64,000 nucleotides of DNA from Chitinophagales bacterium (GTDB taxonomy: Bacteria; Bacteroidota; Bacteroidia; Chitinophagales; UBA8649): positions 80,356 to 144,355 of the forward strand of contig JBMHCE010000033.1 in the NCBI GenBank assembly GCA_049890075.1, read 5' to 3'. A model generated the notes under the pieces. That model did no database searches. It was not told the DNA's origin and was given only the letters and a program-made list of their open reading frames with translations. Shown here one piece after another: positions 1 to 9,857 of this stretch; position 1 is the first letter of the stretch; every line of letters begins with the position of its first letter. The position numbers and the translations under genes were made by a program.

Positions 1-487
1 CAAAATCCCCTTGGAGAATAACTAGTAAAAATGGCAACAGCAGTATACCCACTGCATTGCGTAACAATGTTTTCGGTGGAGCATCTTGGTCTAGCGAGGC
101 ACAAACTGCTGCAAGGGCTAAAGATGCTGCCGTCTTGGCAAACTCCGAAGGTTGTAGGGCTACAGGACCAAACCTAAACCATGACCGAGCGCCGTTGATT
201 TCCACCCCAAACAACATAACAACAACCAAGAGAACCATTGATATTATATAAAGAGGAATAGCCATTCTAAAAAAGAAAGAACCATCCATTGCTAGAATAA
301 CAACAGCGGGAATCAATGTGATAAACAACCACACCATCTGACGTATATGGGGCTCTTCCCAAAATCCGCGATCAACCTCTTGGTCCATGGAGGCGCTACG
401 TATAACCAAAATACCGATAACCGATATGGCAAGGTATAGCACCGTAAGCACCGGGTCCATAAGCCGTAGAGGGCGTTCGCTCCTCAT
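1..487 (-). CDS. rodA: Rod shape-determining SEDS protein RodA, N-terminal part (gene runs off the left edge)
   Basis: Absent from the ORF track because it has no stop in the window. My minus-strand translation from the ATG at 487-485 gives MRSERPLRLMDPVLTVLYLAISVIGILVIRSAS...GARSWFRFGPVALQPSEFAKTAASLALA. This contains the FtsW/RodA-type SWF..G....QPSEFAK segment. The gene sits directly downstream of mrdA. Confidence 0.85.
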   Translation of the reverse strand, partial: MRSERPLRLMDPVLTVLYLAISVIGILVIRSASMDQEVDRGFWEEPHIRQMVWLFITLIPAVVILAMDGSFFFRMAIPLYIISMVLLVVVMLFGVEINGARSWFRFGPVALQPSEFAKTAASLALAAVCASLDQDAPPKTLLRNAVGILLLPFLLVILQGDF

Positions 488-500
488 TCTAAAGTCCGGG

Positions 501-2369
501 TTATTTCTCATCCCAAGCCATGGTGTTTTTGGTTTTTATTGAATATTCTAACGCTCTTCGGTCTGACCCTAGAATGCTTCCACGAAGATACTTTTCGGCC
601 ATTAAGCTTGCAATTGGAGATGCTGTTTCACCCCCCGCGCCCCCATTTTCTACGATGACAGCAATAACAATTTCTGGTTCATTTAATGGCGCCATACCTA
701 CAAACATTGAGTGTGAAGGTTGATCCCACTTTTCTACCGTACCTGTCTTCCCTCCAAAAGAAATTCCCGGAATCGAGCTGCCCTTTGCTGTTCCTTCTGT
801 AACAGCGAGACGCATTCCATCAATTACTGCCTCATAATCTCTCCAAGAGATGGGCATTGCATTGTTGTATCGCCGGCGGGGTTGATAAGAGCCTCTTCCA
901 ATTTGACGAATTAGCGAGGGGTAAAACACATTTTGGCCCCTGTTGGCCACAATCGAATACGAAAAGGCCATTTGAAGAGGAGTTAATAACAATTCACCCT
1001 GTCCGATTCCAAGAGAAATCATAGCCGTTGGCGCCCAACGCTTTTGACCATATAGTCCGTCGTAATATCCAGACATTGGAACATTCCCTTTGCTTTCCGC
1101 CATGCCTATATCCAACAGGGTAGTATCAAGACCAAAACTTCGACAAGCATTTCCCCAATCATCTAGCGCTTGTGCATAGGATTCCGTTCGCAGGCCATAA
1201 ACACACTTCTTAAAAACTTCCCAGAAATAGGGGTTGCAAGAGTGCATTAAGGCTTGACCTATGTTTTGCGATGGCGCATGAGCGTGAGAACACTTTAGAA
1301 CGGTTTGATCCGAAAGCCTGTAGAAAAACTGACACGCGTAACTCTTGTTTCGGCTCCAGGTTTGACTGCTTAAGGCAATCAATGCAGAAATGGTTTTAAA
1401 TGTCGAACCCGGCTGATATTGACCTGTGAGTGTTCGGTCAAGAAATGGGTTTCCCGGGGCCTTTGAAATCGTCTTAAAATAGTCTCCCCTGTTTTTACCC
1501 ATAATCTCAGAAAGATTGTAATCAGGAGTAGATACCAGCGTTAAAATCTCTCCCGAGCGGGGATCGAGAGCTACGACCGCGCCCTTTTTGTTTTCCATTA
1601 GGCTCCTTGCATATTGCTGAAGCGAGAGGTCAATGGTTAAAAACAAGTCATTGCCAGGGTTTGCCTTAATGTCATTTATACCATCTTCATATTTACCGCG
1701 TTCTGCACCATAAACATCCTCAATAATGTAGGCTTCCCCGTTTTCGCCCCTGAGTGCGTATTCATATTCCGACTCGATTCCTCCTCTGCCGATATAATCT
1801 CCCATCCTATAGCCTTTGGCGGTATACTCCTTTAGCTCGTCTTTATTAATCTCACCCATGTAACCTAAAAGGTGGGCAGGGGCATAATGAACATACTCCC
1901 TTCTCGAGCTTGGTGTTAGGCTCAAGCCTGGGAAATCTAATAATTGTTCTCTCAAACGCATAGACGTCGTAGTGTCCAATGCGCGTATAATTGGATACTT
2001 CCTAACCTTGGGAATGGTGCCTGAGTTAATGCCGTCAAGATAGGCCTCATAGCGGGCTACCACATCAGCCAAGGGCATACCCAATGCGGCGGCTAATGCA
2101 TTTACATCTAACTCTTCGTCTAGGGTCACGTACAATGCCTCTAGATCATAAACCACAATATTAAACGCTATTTTTTCGCCGTGGCGGTCATAAATTTCAC
2201 CCCGGACTGGCTCTGTTCTTCGTTGCTTGACAACATTTTCCTCTGCCGCTGCTTGGTATCGCTTGTCAAGTACTTGAAGATTAAACAACTGCGAGACCAG
2301 CAATACAAATAAAACGATTACAAGCCCTAAAAAAACCGACGTTCGGCGGCGTGCAGCATTTTCCATCAT
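501..2369 (-). CDS. mrdA: Penicillin-binding protein 2 (elongasome transpeptidase)
   Basis: 622 aa with an N-terminal TM segment. Transpeptidase motifs are present: STFK (PGSTFKTISA), SCN (HSCNPYF) and KTGT (GGKTGTVEK). It lies between mreD and rodA. Confidence 0.93.
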   Translation of the reverse strand: MMENAARRRTSVFLGLVIVLFVLLVSQLFNLQVLDKRYQAAAEENVVKQRRTEPVRGEIYDRHGEKIAFNIVVYDLEALYVTLDEELDVNALAAALGMPLADVVARYEAYLDGINSGTIPKVRKYPIIRALDTTTSMRLREQLLDFPGLSLTPSSRREYVHYAPAHLLGYMGEINKDELKEYTAKGYRMGDYIGRGGIESEYEYALRGENGEAYIIEDVYGAERGKYEDGINDIKANPGNDLFLTIDLSLQQYARSLMENKKGAVVALDPRSGEILTLVSTPDYNLSEIMGKNRGDYFKTISKAPGNPFLDRTLTGQYQPGSTFKTISALIALSSQTWSRNKSYACQFFYRLSDQTVLKCSHAHAPSQNIGQALMHSCNPYFWEVFKKCVYGLRTESYAQALDDWGNACRSFGLDTTLLDIGMAESKGNVPMSGYYDGLYGQKRWAPTAMISLGIGQGELLLTPLQMAFSYSIVANRGQNVFYPSLIRQIGRGSYQPRRRYNNAMPISWRDYEAVIDGMRLAVTEGTAKGSSIPGISFGGKTGTVEKWDQPSHSMFVGMAPLNEPEIVIAVIVENGGAGGETASPIASLMAEKYLRGSILGSDRRALEYSIKTKNTMAWDEK

Positions 2370-2371
2370 AG

Positions 2372-2890
2372 CTATCCTCGAATTAAACGTTTCCGCAAGA
2401 AATTACACAACGGAAAAATAAAAAGTGTTGTGAGAATGGTAGATAAAATGGCCGAGGAAATCACAAGAAATGTGTGTTTGAACGAAAAAAATAAAAGCGT
2501 ATAATACACCAATAGATAAACAAAACTCACTCCTCCAAAATATATTGTGTTTCGTATTTGGTTAAAGCCCACAAAACACCACTTTTCCTTCATGTCCAAA
2601 GCATCTACATCAAAAATTGAGGTACGAAACAATGGCGCAAAATAGCCCGCCACTAAAGCAGCTATTGTGTGCAACCCGCCAGACATGTACAGAATATCAA
2701 AAAGAAGACCCACACAGAAACTCATAATGAGCACAGCGTTTCTGCCCCAGAAAACGGGGTATGTTGCCAATGCAAAGGCAGCAACTACAATGATGCCATG
2801 AGTCCATAAATTGATTGTAATCAATATCAACGTCTGAAGCAAGACCAATGTCGCGACCCAAAGAAAGTACCCTATATTATTGATCCCCAT
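2372..2890 (-). CDS. mreD: Rod shape-determining protein MreD
   Basis: 172-aa polytopic hydrophobic protein in the canonical slot between mreC and mrdA. It overlaps the mreC stop by 14 nt. Assignment is mainly positional. Confidence 0.7.
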   Translation of the reverse strand: MGINNIGYFLWVATLVLLQTLILITINLWTHGIIVVAAFALATYPVFWGRNAVLIMSFCVGLLFDILYMSGGLHTIAALVAGYFAPLFRTSIFDVDALDMKEKWCFVGFNQIRNTIYFGGVSFVYLLVYYTLLFFSFKHTFLVISSAILSTILTTLFIFPLCNFLRKRLIRG

Positions 2891-3722
2891 ATTCCTCTAT
2901 CCATTCAAGATAAGCGCTCTCCTTTACCTCAATACAGTACACGTAACTCAGTTGTTCTAAATTGCCCTCAAGCTCAAGTTCAGCCTCCAAGTAATTGCCC
3001 GTTGATGATGGCCGAATGGCGCGAATAGTTCCTACAGGGATTCCACCAGGCACGTTACTTTTTCCAATAGGACCATAAGTAGAGACCGCATCACCCTCTG
3101 AAACATTCGATTTGTGCGGTATCTCCGTCAAAAGCACCTGGTCGCTTCCTAGGCCATAGTTCCATTGGACCACTCCTTTCTCTGACGTTGATTCGATTCT
3201 TCCGTTTAACTGTACCTGTTCATTGAGCACTGTAGCCACAAGGGCTGAGTTATTCAATGTTTTTGAAACGAGGCCAACAACTCCCCTGGCATCCATAACA
3301 ACCATGTGCTTCTCTATCCCGTCATCGCTACCTCTATCGATAAGAATTACATTGTCTTTTCTATTTAAAGTAGAGTAGATGACCTTTGCAGGATGAAAAC
3401 TTAAATATTTCGACGTGTCTACATTTTTCACAACGGCCCGGGGATCATTGGATGGAACCAATATTCTTATTTCCCGAAATTTCTTGGCCTTCAGTTCAGC
3501 GTTTTCCTCAATCAGTGCACGGTTTTCTCGAGCATACTTACCCGGCATTAGTACGTTTTCTCTGAAAGCGTGAAGCCGAAATGTAGCTTTTCCTAATCGA
3601 TTAAAATACCAGGCCCTATGGTAATCTGCACCAAAAGCAAACAATGCAAAACCAATAAACAGTAATACAGTAAATAACAGACCCGTCTGGTATCGGAAAA
3701 GGAAGTAAAGCAATCTATTCAT
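2877..3722 (-). CDS. mreC: Rod shape-determining protein MreC
   Basis: 281 aa with an N-terminal TM, a short coiled-coil (ENAELKAKK), then a beta-rich periplasmic part (GVVGLVSKT...ALVATVLN). It lies immediately downstream of mreB. Confidence 0.8.
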   Translation of the reverse strand: MNRLLYFLFRYQTGLLFTVLLFIGFALFAFGADYHRAWYFNRLGKATFRLHAFRENVLMPGKYARENRALIEENAELKAKKFREIRILVPSNDPRAVVKNVDTSKYLSFHPAKVIYSTLNRKDNVILIDRGSDDGIEKHMVVMDARGVVGLVSKTLNNSALVATVLNEQVQLNGRIESTSEKGVVQWNYGLGSDQVLLTEIPHKSNVSEGDAVSTYGPIGKSNVPGGIPVGTIRAIRPSSTGNYLEAELELEGNLEQLSYVYCIEVKESAYLEWIEEYGDQ

Positions 3723-3729
3723 GATGGCA

Positions 3730-4755
3730 TTAAGACATCAAAAAAGGCACGTCATGAAGTTTTTTAAGCGCTATCCCAGTACCACGAACCACCGCACGCA
3801 ATGGGTCGTCTGCAATATGGACCGGTAGCTTGGTTTTTAGAGATAAGCGTTGATCAAGTCCATGTAAAAGAGCTCCTCCGCCCGTTAGGAAAAGACCTGA
3901 TTTATAAATATCCGAGGCAAGTTCTGGTGGGGTGTTATTTAATGCCCTAAGAACAGCTTCCTCGATCTTACTAATCGACTTATCGAGGGCATGGTGCAAT
4001 TCTGAATAATGAATCACTATTTGCTTTGGAACACCCGTCATCAAATCACGACCGTTAATGGCCACATCATCTGGTGGGTTATCTAAAACAGGTAGGGCTG
4101 CGCCGCAACGCTTCTTTAATTCTTCGGCCGTACGCTCCCCAATTAGCATATTGTGTTGCCTTCGAACATAGTCTATAATGTCCGAGTTAAACTCATCGCC
4201 CGCAGTGCGGATCGACTGGTCGCAAACAATTCCGCTTAATGCAATGACAGCAATCTCAGTAGTACCACCCCCTATGTCGATTACCATATTTCCTGATGGC
4301 TCTTCTACATCTATACCAATTCCGATCGCTGCCGCCATTGGCTCTTGTATGAGACGCACATCTCTGCCCCCAGCATGCTCGGCTGAATCCTTAACCGCCC
4401 GCTTCTCCACATCTGTAATTCCAGAAGGAATGCATATGATCATTCGATATTGAGGGCGAATCCAACGCTGCTTATCCTTGTATATCATGCGTATGAAGGC
4501 ACGAATCATCTCCTCCGCTGCATGAAAATCAGCAATAACGCCATCCTTAAGTGGACGTATTGTTTTGATATTCTCATGCGTTTTCTCATGCATCTGAAGG
4601 GCCTTGTTGCCTACGGCCAAGAACCGTCCAGAATCCCTATCAATCGCTACAATAGAGGGTTCGTCAACTACAACTCGGTCGTTGTGGATGATTAATGTAT
4701 TGGCAGTGCCAAGGTCAATGGCAATGTCCTGTGTAAAGAAATTTAAAAACTTCAA
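3730..4755 (-). CDS. mreB: Actin-like rod shape-determining protein MreB
   Basis: 341 aa with the phosphate-1 motif IAIDLGTANTLI, DIGGGTTEIAV and LTGGGALL. Confidence 0.97.
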   Translation of the reverse strand: MKFLNFFTQDIAIDLGTANTLIIHNDRVVVDEPSIVAIDRDSGRFLAVGNKALQMHEKTHENIKTIRPLKDGVIADFHAAEEMIRAFIRMIYKDKQRWIRPQYRMIICIPSGITDVEKRAVKDSAEHAGGRDVRLIQEPMAAAIGIGIDVEEPSGNMVIDIGGGTTEIAVIALSGIVCDQSIRTAGDEFNSDIIDYVRRQHNMLIGERTAEELKKRCGAALPVLDNPPDDVAINGRDLMTGVPKQIVIHYSELHHALDKSISKIEEAVLRALNNTPPELASDIYKSGLFLTGGGALLHGLDQRLSLKTKLPVHIADDPLRAVVRGTGIALKKLHDVPFLMS

Positions 4756-4825
4756 TCGACAAAAATTCTACTTAAAGTTAGCCAAATAAAGCAAGAACGT
4801 CACGAAATCCGTTTGATTGTGGTCT

Positions 4826-6340
4826 TTAATGCTTAAAGTGGCGAACCCCTGTAATGCAAAGTGCCATGTCCAACTGGTTGGCCATGTCGACAGAATCTTG
4901 GTCTCTAATCGACCCACCAGGGTGTACAACACCTACCATGCCTGCGTTACCCGCAATTTCAACACAGTCAGGAAACGGGAAAAAAGCATCCGACGCAAAA
5001 ACAGCACCTTCAACACTGAATCCAAAGGATTTTGCCTTAGCAATGGCTTGTTGCAATGCGTCTACTCTTGACGTTTGGCCACAGCCCATGCCGATTAACT
5101 GCCTGTCTTTAACAATGGCAATTCCGTTGGATTTTAAATGTTTAACCGCCTTGAGGGCAAAAGATAAATCTTTAAGTGTTGACTTGTTGGGTACTTTTTC
5201 GGAAAGCGTCGTCCAATTTTTTGACTTTTCTATGGCAAGGTCGGCGTCCTGAACAACGACACCATTAAGCATGCTTCGGTACGTCCTTTGTTTGGGCTCA
5301 CAAGGTTCTTGCTGTAGGATGATCCTGTTTTTCTTAACCTTCAACGCATCAACCACTCCAGGTGCGAAACTCGGTGCAATAAGGACCTCAAAAAACAATT
5401 TTTGTATAGCTTCCGCACATTCCATGTCCACTTCTTGATTGGTGATCAGAATCCCGCCAAATGCAGAGACATTATCACATGCAAGTGCTTTGGCATAGGC
5501 ACTGGCCACTGTATCGGAAGTTGCTAAGCCGCAGGTGTTGTTGTGTTTGATTATAGCAAATGTGGGTTGTTTAAACTCAGCAATCACTTGAACGGCTGAT
5601 TCTATGTCCATTAAATTGTTGTAGGATACAGGCTTGCCAGAAAGCCGAGTAAACATGGCACCAAAGTCACCAAAAAACGTTGCTCTTTGGTGGGGGTTTT
5701 CACCGTACCTCAAAGGCATTGGGTGGTCCTGACTTACCGTGAAAACAGAAGCCTCTTCAGCAAGGTATCCGTGAATAAGGGTGTCATAGTGGGACGATAT
5801 GCCAAAGGCCGCGGCAGCATAAGCTTTGCGTTGGCTGAGGTCTGTTTGGCCGCCTGTTGACTCGAGCAATGCTAACACACCTTCATATTGGCCCCTTTGA
5901 GAAACTACTAACGTATCCTTATAATTTTTTGCGGCCGCCCTAATTAAGCTTATGCCCCCTATGTCTATTTTTTCTATAACGTCTTGATGGCTTGCCCCAT
6001 TAGCCACAGTTTCTTCAAATGGATATAAGTCTACAATAACCCAATCAAAGAGGGGAATTTCATACTCACCTAACTCCTTTAGGTCGGACGCGTTATCCTC
6101 TCGTGCGAGAATTCCTCCAAAAATTTTGGGATGCAAGGTTTTTACCCGTCCGCCCAAAATAGAAGGGTACGAGGTTAAAGATTCTACTTCAACAGCTTGA
6201 ACGCCCCAAGAAGTAATGGCACTGTAGGTGCCGCCTGTTGAGTAAATCGTTGCGCCCTGTGCGCTTAGTTGTTCAACAATGGGTTTAAGTCCTTCTTTAT
6301 GGAATACAGAGACTAGGACGTTTTTGGGAGACTTTACCAC
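4826..6340 (-). CDS. purH: Bifunctional AICAR formyltransferase / IMP cyclohydrolase
   Basis: 504 aa with an MGS-like N-terminus (VLVSVFHKEGL), RVKTLHPKIFGGIL, and the C-terminal HPGGSIRD...GVRHFKH. Confidence 0.96.
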   Translation of the reverse strand: MVKSPKNVLVSVFHKEGLKPIVEQLSAQGATIYSTGGTYSAITSWGVQAVEVESLTSYPSILGGRVKTLHPKIFGGILAREDNASDLKELGEYEIPLFDWVIVDLYPFEETVANGASHQDVIEKIDIGGISLIRAAAKNYKDTLVVSQRGQYEGVLALLESTGGQTDLSQRKAYAAAAFGISSHYDTLIHGYLAEEASVFTVSQDHPMPLRYGENPHQRATFFGDFGAMFTRLSGKPVSYNNLMDIESAVQVIAEFKQPTFAIIKHNNTCGLATSDTVASAYAKALACDNVSAFGGILITNQEVDMECAEAIQKLFFEVLIAPSFAPGVVDALKVKKNRIILQQEPCEPKQRTYRSMLNGVVVQDADLAIEKSKNWTTLSEKVPNKSTLKDLSFALKAVKHLKSNGIAIVKDRQLIGMGCGQTSRVDALQQAIAKAKSFGFSVEGAVFASDAFFPFPDCVEIAGNAGMVGVVHPGGSIRDQDSVDMANQLDMALCITGVRHFKH

Positions 6341-6379
6341 AATAAAAGTTTTGTCAAAGGTAGGCTCCTAATCACAGAG

Positions 6380-6952
6380 TTATGGGGTGTTCTTGCACAC
6401 GTCTTCCACGGTGTTTACAAAATGTTGAGACTCTAGCGAACGGACCTTTGACTCGATTCCATGTACGTCATCATCTGGAGATACATCTACTACGAATTGT
6501 GCTATTACCGCCCCCTCGTCATACTCTTCCGAAACGTAGTGAATTGTGATTCCCGTTTGACTTTCATGGCTCTTGAAAACAGCCTCATGAACCCTTCGTC
6601 CATACATTCCCTTTCCGCCATACTTTGGCAAAAGGGACGGGTGTAAGTTGACCATTCGTTTGCTAAATGTGTTTACTATCTCCTTTGGAACAAGCCGAAG
6701 AAATCCTGCGAGCACGATAAAGTCAGCTTTATATTCAGCAAGAAGGGCCAAGAGCGTCGACGGTGTTTGCTCCTTCCATACCACTCGCTCGACAGGAATA
6801 GAAAATTCCTTGGCATGTTGCTGAACTCCTGATGTAGGTTGATCGGTTAACACAAGTACAACCTCATAATAACTACTTCTACATCCCTGTTGCATTAGCC
6901 GCCGTGCATTACTTCCGCCTCCAGAGGCAAAAATGGCCATTCGCTTACCCAT
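6380..6952 (-). CDS. purN: Phosphoribosylglycinamide formyltransferase
   Basis: 190 aa with AIFASGGGSNARRL, VLAGFLRLVP and NLHPSLLPKYGGKGMYG. Confidence 0.93.
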   Translation of the reverse strand: MGKRMAIFASGGGSNARRLMQQGCRSSYYEVVLVLTDQPTSGVQQHAKEFSIPVERVVWKEQTPSTLLALLAEYKADFIVLAGFLRLVPKEIVNTFSKRMVNLHPSLLPKYGGKGMYGRRVHEAVFKSHESQTGITIHYVSEEYDEGAVIAQFVVDVSPDDDVHGIESKVRSLESQHFVNTVEDVCKNTP

Positions 6953-7043
6953 GCCTTAAAAATAGGTCAATGCTTTAAAACACTTTGAATTGGGTTGACC
7001 AAAAACTGTTTCTGTTTGCAAGAATTAACGTTACATTTAGTTT

Positions 7044-7898
7044 ATGTCGAGTCAAACGGATTACACTACAGTTATCAAGCCCAACACGGGGTTGTTTAAC
7101 CTAAAAATTCGCGAGGTTTGGGCCTACAGAGATTTGGCGCTTATTCTAGCAAGAAGAGATGTCGTAGCCGTTTATAAGCAGACTATTCTTGGACCTCTTT
7201 GGTTTTTAATATCTCCCATCTTAACCGTTCTGGTATATATGTTTGTCTTTGGTTCTATTGCAGGGATCTCTACAGATGGAATGCCTCAAGCGGTGTTTTA
7301 TCTCGGCGGGATAACCTTATGGAACTATTTTTCGGCTTGTTTTACTTCGACTGCCAATACCTTTACTGCTAATGCGCGAATTTTTGGCAAAGTATATTTC
7401 CCTAGGGTTATTGCGCCCATAGCCACTGTGTTGTCCAACTTAGTCAAGCTTTCTATTCAGATGGTTCTTTTTTTAGGCGTTTTAGTCTATTATATTGTTC
7501 AAGATCAGTCAGATATCTCAATATCAAGTGAGATATACCTATTGCCCTTGCTCGTTATCATGATGGCTTGTTTGGCCTTGGGCATAGGAATAATCATATC
7601 ATCATTGACCACCAAATACAGGGACTTTAAAAACTTTATTGGATTTGGCGTTTCGCTTTTAATGTATGCAAGTCCTGTCATATACCCCATATCTGCGGTA
7701 AAAGACAAGGGCTATGGCGCCCTTCTATCTTATAATCCTATTGCCCCTATCATCGAAACGTTTCGATATATTTTTACTGGACAGGGTAGCCTTGATTGGC
7801 ATGGCCTAATGATAAGTGGTATATCCACGTTAACCATATTGTTTTTAGGACTTATCTTATTTAATAGAGTGGAGCGAACCTTCATGGATACCGTGTAA
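7044..7898 (+). CDS. wzm: ABC-2 type polysaccharide export permease (Wzm/TagG-like)
   Basis: 284 aa with about 6 TM segments. The N-terminus has the typical REVWAYRDLALILARRDVVAVYKQTILGPLWFLISP and the gene is followed by a Wzt-type ATPase. The symbol is used generically. Confidence 0.85.
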   Translation: MSSQTDYTTVIKPNTGLFNLKIREVWAYRDLALILARRDVVAVYKQTILGPLWFLISPILTVLVYMFVFGSIAGISTDGMPQAVFYLGGITLWNYFSACFTSTANTFTANARIFGKVYFPRVIAPIATVLSNLVKLSIQMVLFLGVLVYYIVQDQSDISISSEIYLLPLLVIMMACLALGIGIIISSLTTKYRDFKNFIGFGVSLLMYASPVIYPISAVKDKGYGALLSYNPIAPIIETFRYIFTGQGSLDWHGLMISGISTLTILFLGLILFNRVERTFMDTV

Positions 7899-7906
7899 AT
7901 GAATCT

Positions 7907-9169
7907 ATGGCCAATCCTGCAATCATAGTAGATAATATTTCCAAACGATACCGACTTGGAATGGTTGGATCCGGAACGCTACGAGAAGACCTTCTTGGTT
8001 GGTGGTATCAAATTAGGGGCAAAGAGGACCCCTATTCAAAGATCGCCGAAGTCAATAACCGGGCTCAAAAGGGCCAAAGCAATTATGTGTGGGCATTGCG
8101 AGACATCAACTTTGCTGTCCCTGAAGGAGAGGTGCTTGGTGTGATTGGAAAAAACGGGGCTGGCAAATCAACCCTACTTAAACTGCTTTCACGAGTTACA
8201 GCGCCTACAACAGGAACTATCAAGGCTCGTGGAAGAATTGCCAGCTTACTTGAAGTCGGAACGGGTTTTCACCCCGAGCTAAGTGGCCGAGATAACATTT
8301 TCTTGAATGGCGCTATTATGGGGATGCGCCATGGAGAAATAAAGAGAAAACTAGATGAAATCGTTGATTTTGCCGGAGTTGAACGCTACATTGACACGCC
8401 CGTAAAGAGATATTCTTCTGGTATGTATGTTCGACTTGCCTTTGCCGTTGCAGCACACTTGGAGCCTGAGATTTTAATCGTAGACGAGGTGCTTGCTGTG
8501 GGGGATGCAGAATTTCAAAAAAAAGCTATTGGGAAAATGAAAGACGTTTCTCATGGACAGGGTAGGACTGTGCTTTTTGTTAGTCACAATATGCTTAGCA
8601 TACAAAAATTATGCAACCGTTGCCTTCTCATGGAAAATGGGATGATCAAAAATGTGGGGAGTAGTGAAGACATCGTCAATGAATATTTTCTTGACGCAGA
8701 AGAATCAATTGAGACGAAAGAGCACCTTGGTGAGCACGGAAAAGTTACTTGTAATGTGATTGGTTCTGATGGAAAACCTGTCACCAAGTTTCCCATCATG
8801 AGTGAGATAACATTTCAAGCTACAATCTCCTCAACGCTCAACCTTCCCAAGATTGCAGTAAAAATTCAGGTAAAAAACCGTTTAAATCAAATTGTTTTTA
8901 CGCTGAATAACTATCATCTCGGCGTCGAACTAGCCCTGAAAGAAGGTAGCAATACTTTTTCAGTAAAAATTCCTGAAATAAACCTTAGCCCAGGAGAATA
9001 CTTCATCGATTTAGAGGTGGTTAATCTATTCGACCGTTCAATAGCGTTTAAGGCGTCCAAATTGTCACGCTTTGAACTATATCCTGCTGACATCTATGCC
9101 AGCGGATACCTTCCAAACAGCGCAAACATAGGAGTGATCTTAATGAAGCAAAAATGGTCGAATGATTGA
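7907..9169 (+). CDS. wzt: Polysaccharide ABC exporter ATP-binding protein with a C-terminal glycan-binding-type extension (Wzt/TagH-like)
   Basis: 420 aa with Walker A GKNGAGKST, signature YSSGMYVRL and Walker B ILIVDEVLAVGD. A ~160-aa beta-rich C-terminal extension (residues ~265-420) resembles that of Wzt proteins carrying a carbohydrate-binding domain. Confidence 0.88.
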   Translation: MANPAIIVDNISKRYRLGMVGSGTLREDLLGWWYQIRGKEDPYSKIAEVNNRAQKGQSNYVWALRDINFAVPEGEVLGVIGKNGAGKSTLLKLLSRVTAPTTGTIKARGRIASLLEVGTGFHPELSGRDNIFLNGAIMGMRHGEIKRKLDEIVDFAGVERYIDTPVKRYSSGMYVRLAFAVAAHLEPEILIVDEVLAVGDAEFQKKAIGKMKDVSHGQGRTVLFVSHNMLSIQKLCNRCLLMENGMIKNVGSSEDIVNEYFLDAEESIETKEHLGEHGKVTCNVIGSDGKPVTKFPIMSEITFQATISSTLNLPKIAVKIQVKNRLNQIVFTLNNYHLGVELALKEGSNTFSVKIPEINLSPGEYFIDLEVVNLFDRSIAFKASKLSRFELYPADIYASGYLPNSANIGVILMKQKWSND

Positions 9170-9857
9170 TAGAGAAAATCAAATACTCTATATCCATATA
9201 CCCAAAACGGGTGGCAGTAGTATTGAGCGTTACATTGCACCCAGCCATGTCAAGTTCAATTGGCAAGAACCCGACTACAATTGGCTTTATGGATGGTGTC
9301 CAAAAAACAAAATTCACCTTCAGCACGCTAGCCCAGAGGAGTTGTTACGCTATGGTTTGATTTCAGAAAAAGAGTTTCAACAGTGTGTAAAGTTTGCGGT
9401 TACTAGAAACCCCTGGGACCGTGCCATATCCGACTGGTTTTGGTTGCAAAAAGATTTGAGCGTTTCAGGCAGCCTGATGGATTTTCTTAACAAGGAGGGG
9501 GCCTTTAAAGAATACCTTCAGTTTCCTTCTATCCCCTCTTACCGAGGAGATCATTTGCGACCACAAACTGATTATATCAACGACTCTTATCCTCTTGACT
9601 ATGTGGGACGATTTGAGAACTTTCCGGAGGTTGAAAAATTTTTAGAGTCATTACCAGGTAACCGAGAGACGTTTAATCTTCATCTCAAAAAGTCTAAAAA
9701 GAGAAAACATTACTCCCAATTTTTTACTAGAAAAGAGCGCAACCTTGTTTATGAATTGTACTCATCTGATATTGAAAAATTTAACTACTATTTTGAAAAC
9801 CCCACCTCATGGATAACCAGACTAAAAGCAACGTTGGGACTTATCAAAAAGGGGTAG
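9162..9857 (+). CDS. Sulfotransferase-like protein A (Sulfotransfer_2 / carbohydrate-sulfotransferase type), cytoplasmic
   Basis: 231 aa. It has a 5'-PSB-like IHIPKTGGSSIE at residues 11-22 and a 3'-PB-like TRNPWDRAISDW. There is no signal peptide or TM. The start overlaps the wzt stop by 8 nt (ATGATTGA). Confidence 0.7.
   Translation: MIDRENQILYIHIPKTGGSSIERYIAPSHVKFNWQEPDYNWLYGWCPKNKIHLQHASPEELLRYGLISEKEFQQCVKFAVTRNPWDRAISDWFWLQKDLSVSGSLMDFLNKEGAFKEYLQFPSIPSYRGDHLRPQTDYINDSYPLDYVGRFENFPEVEKFLESLPGNRETFNLHLKKSKKRKHYSQFFTRKERNLVYELYSSDIEKFNYYFENPTSWITRLKATLGLIKKG

Noticed and set aside
57-251. 64-aa plus-strand ORF at the left edge, and many similar 60-130-aa ORFs listed inside longer genes (for example 520-914, 4178-4789, 4817-5252, 12102-12452, 23276-23948, 53407-54554, 57128-57886).
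   Set aside because: All lie antisense to, or out of frame within, long ORFs that carry unambiguous family motifs (rodA, mrdA, mreB, purH, GTs, asnB-like, ligA, pyk). They show no motifs of their own and are treated as shadow ORFs.
6965-7000. Inverted repeat GGTCAA-N24-TTGACC in the purN/wzm intergenic region, considered as an invertible-promoter boundary as in Bacteroides capsule loci.
   Set aside because: The arms are only 6 bp, there is no nearby invertase gene, and there is no UpxY/UpxZ-type regulator at the locus start.
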